Shown here: piece after piece, positions 28,858 to 32,000 of the stretch
How the letters are laid out: each line of letters starts with the position of its first letter
Numbering within the stretch: position 1 is the stretch's first letter
Assembly (NCBI RefSeq): GCF_041647995.1
Contig: NZ_JARRIB010000002.1
Location: 280,432-312,431, forward strand
DNA length: 32,000 bases
DNA from: Pyrococcus kukulkanii
Lineage (GTDB): Archaea; Methanobacteriota_B; Thermococci; Thermococcales; Thermococcaceae
Direction: 5' to 3'
Translations under genes and position numbers: made by a program
Notes under the pieces: generated by a model
Told to the model about the DNA's origin: nothing
What the model saw: only the letters and a program-made list of their open reading frames with translations
The model's database searches: none

Positions 28858-30839
28858 TGTCTCTCCTCCTCTGCCCTTCTGATGAGCTCCTTAACTCTCT
28901 CTATCCTGTATTCCTCTATCACCCTCAAGACGCTCTCTAGTTCTTCCCTCTTTTCTTCCTCCTCCCATTCCTTAATTTTCCTCTTAATAACCTCCTCAAG
29001 CTCGTCCCTCTTGACAACGGCAAAGTCATCAAGTCTTATTACCTCGATATCCTCTCCCTCGAGCAGGACGGGGATTCTCTCTTCCTTGAACACTTCATAA
29101 ACTGAAACTGGCAACTCCTTTTGGGAAACTATGGCTTTTATCTTTTTCTTTACGAGGTGCTCTGCTATCTTCTTTCCCGCCCCGGCGGGGTTTATCACGT
29201 ATAATATATCGCCTCTCTTTATTCCGATATCTTCTTCAAGCTCCTCTAATGCCTTCCAAGTTAGGCTCTCAAGAACTTTCATCGGGTACACTTTTCCACT
29301 AAGCTCGAGTCTATGCATCTTCCTAGTTTGAGCAAGTTTTCTTGCTAAAATTTCAACTTTCTCTTTTTCTTCTCTTAGCTTCTTCTCCAAAATAGCTATT
29401 CTTTCATCTCTTGCTCTAATTTCACGCTCTTTCAGGACCCTAAACCTTACTTCTTCATCAAATTCAGCAAGTTTCCTCTCCAGCCTTTCAATAATCTTCC
29501 TTTGCTCTTCGATTACCGCCCTAAGCTCGGCATTTTCCCTCTCAAGTTCCGTTATTGCCTCTTCGAGGGCCTTTATCTTCTCAATGTAGGGTGTTACATC
29601 AACCTCGGGCTTAACATCTTCATGATGCTCCTCCTTTGGCCTCTCAGCAAGCTTAACTTTCATTATGGCCTCTCCGAGGCTGTATCCCGTTAAAACGAGA
29701 GCTTTTATTTCGTTTCTTTTCTTCCATAAGCCAACTTCTCTTAACTTGGCTTCAATGTGCTCGAATTTTGGCTTGTACCTTAGGTATGCTTTGTAGGCGG
29801 CGGCCAGGGCATCCCTTTGGTGATCATCTTCAACGGAAATTCCGAGGTTCCTTAAGAGTTCATTCTTTTCTTCCACCTTGAGGCTTTCCTTGGGGACGAA
29901 AAGTTGTGCTTTAAACGACCTTGCTATCTTTTCAACTAATCCTGGGGCAGGATTAACGTCGGTGGCAACTATCACCGGATGCCCAATTTCACTTATAAAC
30001 CGGACTATCTCGCTTAGGGCCATATTCTTCTCACTGTATATTGCAAGTACCTTACCGTCAAGGTCTATCGCGGCGATCCCAACGGTTATCCCAGGATCCA
30101 GACCAACTATGATACTCTTCCTTTCCTCTATTGCAGTTTCGGCCTTTAGGGGGACGAATTCAAGAACTTTCCTTTCGACTGGCTTTATCCTAACTTCAAC
30201 GTCTCCACCTCGCATTGGTTTTACCAACCCTGCAAGCTCCTCCCTGCTGGCATAAACTTTGAACTCTCCTCTCGAGACGCCGTAATCCCTCTCCTCTATC
30301 TCCAAGTCAAAGGGTATATCTGCCCTCCTGAGGGCTTCCTCAATCTGTCTAACCTTAGCCTGGACTAAGCTATGCACCCTCCTTCTGTACCTATCTTGGC
30401 TCCATCCTCCTTTCCCTTGACTCCTTCCCCTAGTTACCGTTATTAAGACTTCGTCTTCAAAAGCTAAGACCTCATAACCAACTCCTTTAGAAGCGAGAAG
30501 GGCAGCAACCTTTGCTTCCTCGTATGGATCGAACTTATCCGTAATCCTAATTCCGTGCTCCTTAGCTAAACTCCACAGTGATCTTTGTTCCCCTGGTCTT
30601 CCAGTTACTTGAACTAATTTGGTCCCCTCGGGAAGTGCACGAAGGAACTTCCTCAAATCCTCCCCTAACTCGGTAACACTATCCATGGCAATTATGTCTG
30701 GTCTCTTGGCCCTAATAAACCGGATTAGTCGATATAAGTTAAACTCTCCCTTTCTCTCAATCTTTCCATTAAACCAAGTTACAACAGCAAACCTTTTGGG
30801 ATTCTCACTGATTATATCAATTCCGATAATTAGGATGAC
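28854..30839 (-). CDS. DUF460/COG2433-like protein: two tandem RuvC/YqgF-like RNase H-fold modules, a long coiled coil and a C-terminal domain
   Basis: Second module: [40 protein letters not shown]. The coiled coil spans about residues 350-460. The first canonical in-frame start is ATG 30686 (610 aa). The frame stays open to 30839 and encodes the strand-1 motif of the first module ([19 protein letters not shown]...RPDIIAMD), so I extend the feature. See the finding on the start-codon problem. Confidence 0.8.
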   Translation of the reverse strand, partial: VILIIGIDIISENPKRFAVVTWFNGKIERKGEFNLYRLIRFIRAKRPDIIAMDSVTELGEDLRKFLRALPEGTKLVQVTGRPGEQRSLWSLAKEHGIRITDKFDPYEEAKVAALLASKGVGYEVLAFEDEVLITVTRGRSQGKGGWSQDRYRRRVHSLVQAKVRQIEEALRRADIPFDLEIEERDYGVSRGEFKVYASREELAGLVKPMRGGDVEVRIKPVERKVLEFVPLKAETAIEERKSIIVGLDPGITVGIAAIDLDGKVLAIYSEKNMALSEIVRFISEIGHPVIVATDVNPAPGLVEKIARSFKAQLFVPKESLKVEEKNELLRNLGISVEDDHQRDALAAAYKAYLRYKPKFEHIEAKLREVGLWKKRNEIKALVLTGYSLGEAIMKVKLAERPKEEHHEDVKPEVDVTPYIEKIKALEEAITELERENAELRAVIEEQRKIIERLERKLAEFDEEVRFRVLKEREIRARDERIAILEKKLREEKEKVEILARKLAQTRKMHRLELSGKVYPMKVLESLTWKALEELEEDIGIKRGDILYVINPAGAGKKIAEHLVKKKIKAIVSQKELPVSVYEVFKEERIPVLLEGEDIEVIRLDDFAVVKRDELEEVIKRKIKEWEEEEKREELESVLRVIEEYRIERVKELIRRAEEERQ

Positions 30840-30907
30840 TCATCACCTCGTCGATTCTCTCTTATTATTTAGAACCTTTAAGAGGGTTATAAAGCCAGTT
30901 GTGCATA

Positions 30908-30939
30908 ATATATAACGATGGTGATATATAACGATGGTG
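30908..30939. repeat. Perfect tandem direct repeat, 2 x 16 nt (atatataacgatggtg)
   Basis: Copies at 30908-30923 and 30924-30939 are identical. Each contains a TATA-like ATATATAA. The repeat lies in the divergent intergenic region 25 nt upstream of ATG 30964. Confidence 0.9.
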
Positions 30940-30963
30940 CGCCACACTAATGGGAAGAGTGAT

Positions 30964-31133
30964 ATGGCTCAAAAACCAAAAAGAGAGTTAGGATACCTGT
31001 CCGCATCACGCTCGATCCAGTTGTGTTCGATGTTCTTGATAAGATTACGAGAAATAGGAGTCAATTTATTGAGGAGGCCATTATAATGAGGCTTTTACAT
31101 AAAAATTTGCTTCCAAAAGACAAAAGAAGTTAG
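30964..31133 (+). CDS. Ribbon-helix-helix (CopG/Arc-like) small DNA-binding protein, interrupted by a -1 frame offset near its start
   Basis: The frame at 30963-31133 encodes KKRVRIPVRITLDPVVFDVLDKITRNRSQFIEEAIIMRLL, a typical RHH pattern of beta-strand, helix and helix. It has no ATG/GTG/TTG before the motif. The only ATG (30964, with a GAGTGAT SD-like sequence upstream) is in the +1-offset frame and joins only through the A5 runs at 30971-30975 or 30978-30982. Confidence 0.5.
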
Positions 31134-31141
31134 AATGACTT

Positions 31142-31219
31142 TGGCGGGCCGGGCGGGATTTGAACCCGCGACCACCGGGTTAAAAGCCCGGTGCTCTAAC
31201 CAGGCTGAGCTACCGGCCC
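31142..31219 (-). tRNA. tRNA-Lys (anticodon UUU), CCA encoded
   Basis: Manual cloverleaf:
- acceptor GGGCCGG/CCGGCCC
- D arm GCTC/GAGC
- anticodon stem CCGGG/CCCGG with loop CTTTTAA
- T arm GCGGG-TTCAAAT-CCCGC
- discriminator G followed by CCA. Confidence 0.96.
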
Positions 31220-31242
31220 ACCCGATGAGTAACTCGCCAGAA

Positions 31243-31251
31243 GTTTTATAA
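31243..31251 (-). promoter_or_regulatory. TATA box (CTTATAAAA on minus strand) of the tRNA-Lys gene
   Basis: Centred about 28 nt upstream of the tRNA 5' end (31219) and preceded by a purine-rich BRE-like AAAAAAG. Confidence 0.55.
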
Positions 31252-31323
31252 GCTTTTTTGTGGAGAGCTATGTTGATAAATCCCTGAGGGGCCAGCAACT
31301 TCAGAGAGGTGGGGGTGACATAG

Positions 31324-31605
31324 TTGGAAGTAATCATCGAGAAGTTCAAGCCAAAAGTTACCAGACCGTTTAAGAGAAAGAATGAGTGGTGGGTAAAGCT
31401 TATCACTGAAGATGGAGAGTACATTATGAAGTTTAAGAGCCCAATAGAGGCAGAGGATGTGGTCTATGGTCTTCTCGATTTGCAGGTTTATGGTGGAAAA
31501 GTCAAGCTTAAGCTAAGAGAGGGAAATGTAATAGAGGATATTGAAGTTCTTGAGATATATAAACCCTCCGCTAAAGAGCTTGTCGATGAGTATTTGACGA
31601 AATGA
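31324..31605 (+). CDS. Hypothetical small protein (93 aa)
   Basis: ORF with a TTG start and a GAGGTGGGGGTGA SD-like sequence about 10 nt upstream. An alternative in-frame ATG is at MKFKSP. K/E/V-rich composition typical of the genome. No family recognised. Confidence 0.45.
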   Translation: MEVIIEKFKPKVTRPFKRKNEWWVKLITEDGEYIMKFKSPIEAEDVVYGLLDLQVYGGKVKLKLREGNVIEDIEVLEIYKPSAKELVDEYLTK

Positions 31606-31705
31606 TCTTTCCCCACCCTTCTTGAATATCTTCCTTAAAGTATATATAGGGTTATGTCCATATTAATTCATTGGGAGAAGTGGTTAAAATTGGGAGGTCA
31701 AGGGG

Positions 31706-32000
31706 ATGGCCAGAAGGAGCAAGGCCCTTCTTGAAATAGCAAGAGATATCGGAGGGGAAGAAGCTGTTGAGGTTATAAAAGCTCTCGAAAAGAAAGGAGA
31801 AGCTACTGATGAAGAGCTTGCTGAAATTACTGGGATTAGGGTTAATACAGTCAGGAAGATTCTTTATGCACTTTACGATGCTAAGTTGGCGGATTTTAAG
31901 AGAATAAGAGATGATGAAACGGGATGGTACTACTATTATTGGCACATAGAAACTAAAAGATTGCCCGAAATAATTAGGGCTAGGAAAATGCAGGAACTTG
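31706..32000 (+). CDS. tfe: Transcription factor E (TFE alpha), 5' part, runs off the window
   Basis: Not in the ORF track because no stop is reached. ATG 31706 is preceded by a GGGAGGT SD. The sequence is [81 protein letters not shown], which contains the characteristic TFE winged-helix region. Confidence 0.88.
   Translation, partial: MARRSKALLEIARDIGGEEAVEVIKALEKKGEATDEELAEITGIRVNTVRKILYALYDAKLADFKRIRDDETGWYYYYWHIETKRLPEIIRARKMQEL

Noticed and set aside
28882-30255. Plus-strand ORFs antisense to the DUF460 gene (for example 28882-29100 and 29878-30255). The same pattern occurs inside topA, tmcA, the symporter and the aminotransferase.
   Set aside because: Same antisense-shadow composition (poly-Ser/Leu), with strong genes on the other strand.
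30619-30915. 98-aa plus-strand ORF across the DUF460 start region
   Set aside because: It is antisense to the conserved N-terminal module of DUF460 and extends into the divergent promoter. Its hydrophobic low-complexity sequence also argues against it.
30844-31219. Integrated virus or plasmid at tRNA-Lys
   Set aside because: No integrase gene or integrase fragment is present. I noticed no duplicated copy of the tRNA 3' half in the window, and the flanking genes (topA operon, tfe) are core genes. Only the RHH remnant hints at past integration. An exhaustive repeat search was not possible by eye.
31095-31424. 109-aa minus-strand ORF
   Set aside because: It runs straight through the tRNA-Lys gene and its promoter, and the peptide has no protein-like features.
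1-32000. CRISPR arrays, IS elements or transposases, rRNA genes, additional C/D box sRNAs
   Set aside because: I scanned intergenic regions and all TGATGA occurrences on both strands. No spaced repeat arrays and no terminal inverted repeats flanking a transposase-like ORF were seen. No other TGATGA site is followed by CTGA at guide-length spacing.

Overview
This window looks like a gene-dense core-chromosome segment of a hyperthermophilic euryarchaeon, most likely Thermococcales and Pyrococcus-like. The basis is reverse gyrase, a TrmB-like regulator, Taw2, TmcA, TFE, aMBF1, K/E/I-rich proteins, AGG/AGA/ATA codon usage, GGTG-type Shine-Dalgarno sequences and TTTATATA-type TATA boxes.

I support about 35 protein genes, many joined by 4-nt ATGA start/stop overlaps. 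Three features are absent from the ORF track: one tRNA-Lys(UUU), one C/D box sRNA, and a partial tfe gene running off the 3' edge. I saw no CRISPR array, IS element, integrase, rRNA or intein.

Main blocks, in order:
- a five-gene MoxR/DUF58/DUF4129 membrane operon
- an alanine:cation symporter plus a class III PLP enzyme
- aMBF1, then the C/D sRNA
- alkA-like glycosylase plus MazG
- two giant GT-C-like membrane proteins next to two 64-aa class III signal peptide mini-pilins
- an HTH protein and tmcA
- an FecCD/ABC pair
- a THEP1, Taw2, short arginase-fold, UPF0148 and wHTH operon
- trmBL2-like gene, reverse gyrase, a solo HEPN protein and a SAM methyltransferase
- topA translationally coupled to a DUF460 double RuvC-like coiled-coil protein
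- a divergent frameshifted RHH gene with a tandem 16-nt repeat, then tRNA-Lys, a small ORF and tfe

Best leads:
1. The DUF460 nuclease-like protein, topoisomerase IA and methyltransferase form a coupled module.
2. Two adjacent gene starts (DUF460 and RHH) have conserved-looking N-termini that sit out of frame with their only ATG.
3. Twin GT-C enzymes lie beside sequon-bearing mini-pilins.
4. The C/D box sRNA is not in the ORF track.

All functional calls rest on motif recognition by eye. No database search was run.
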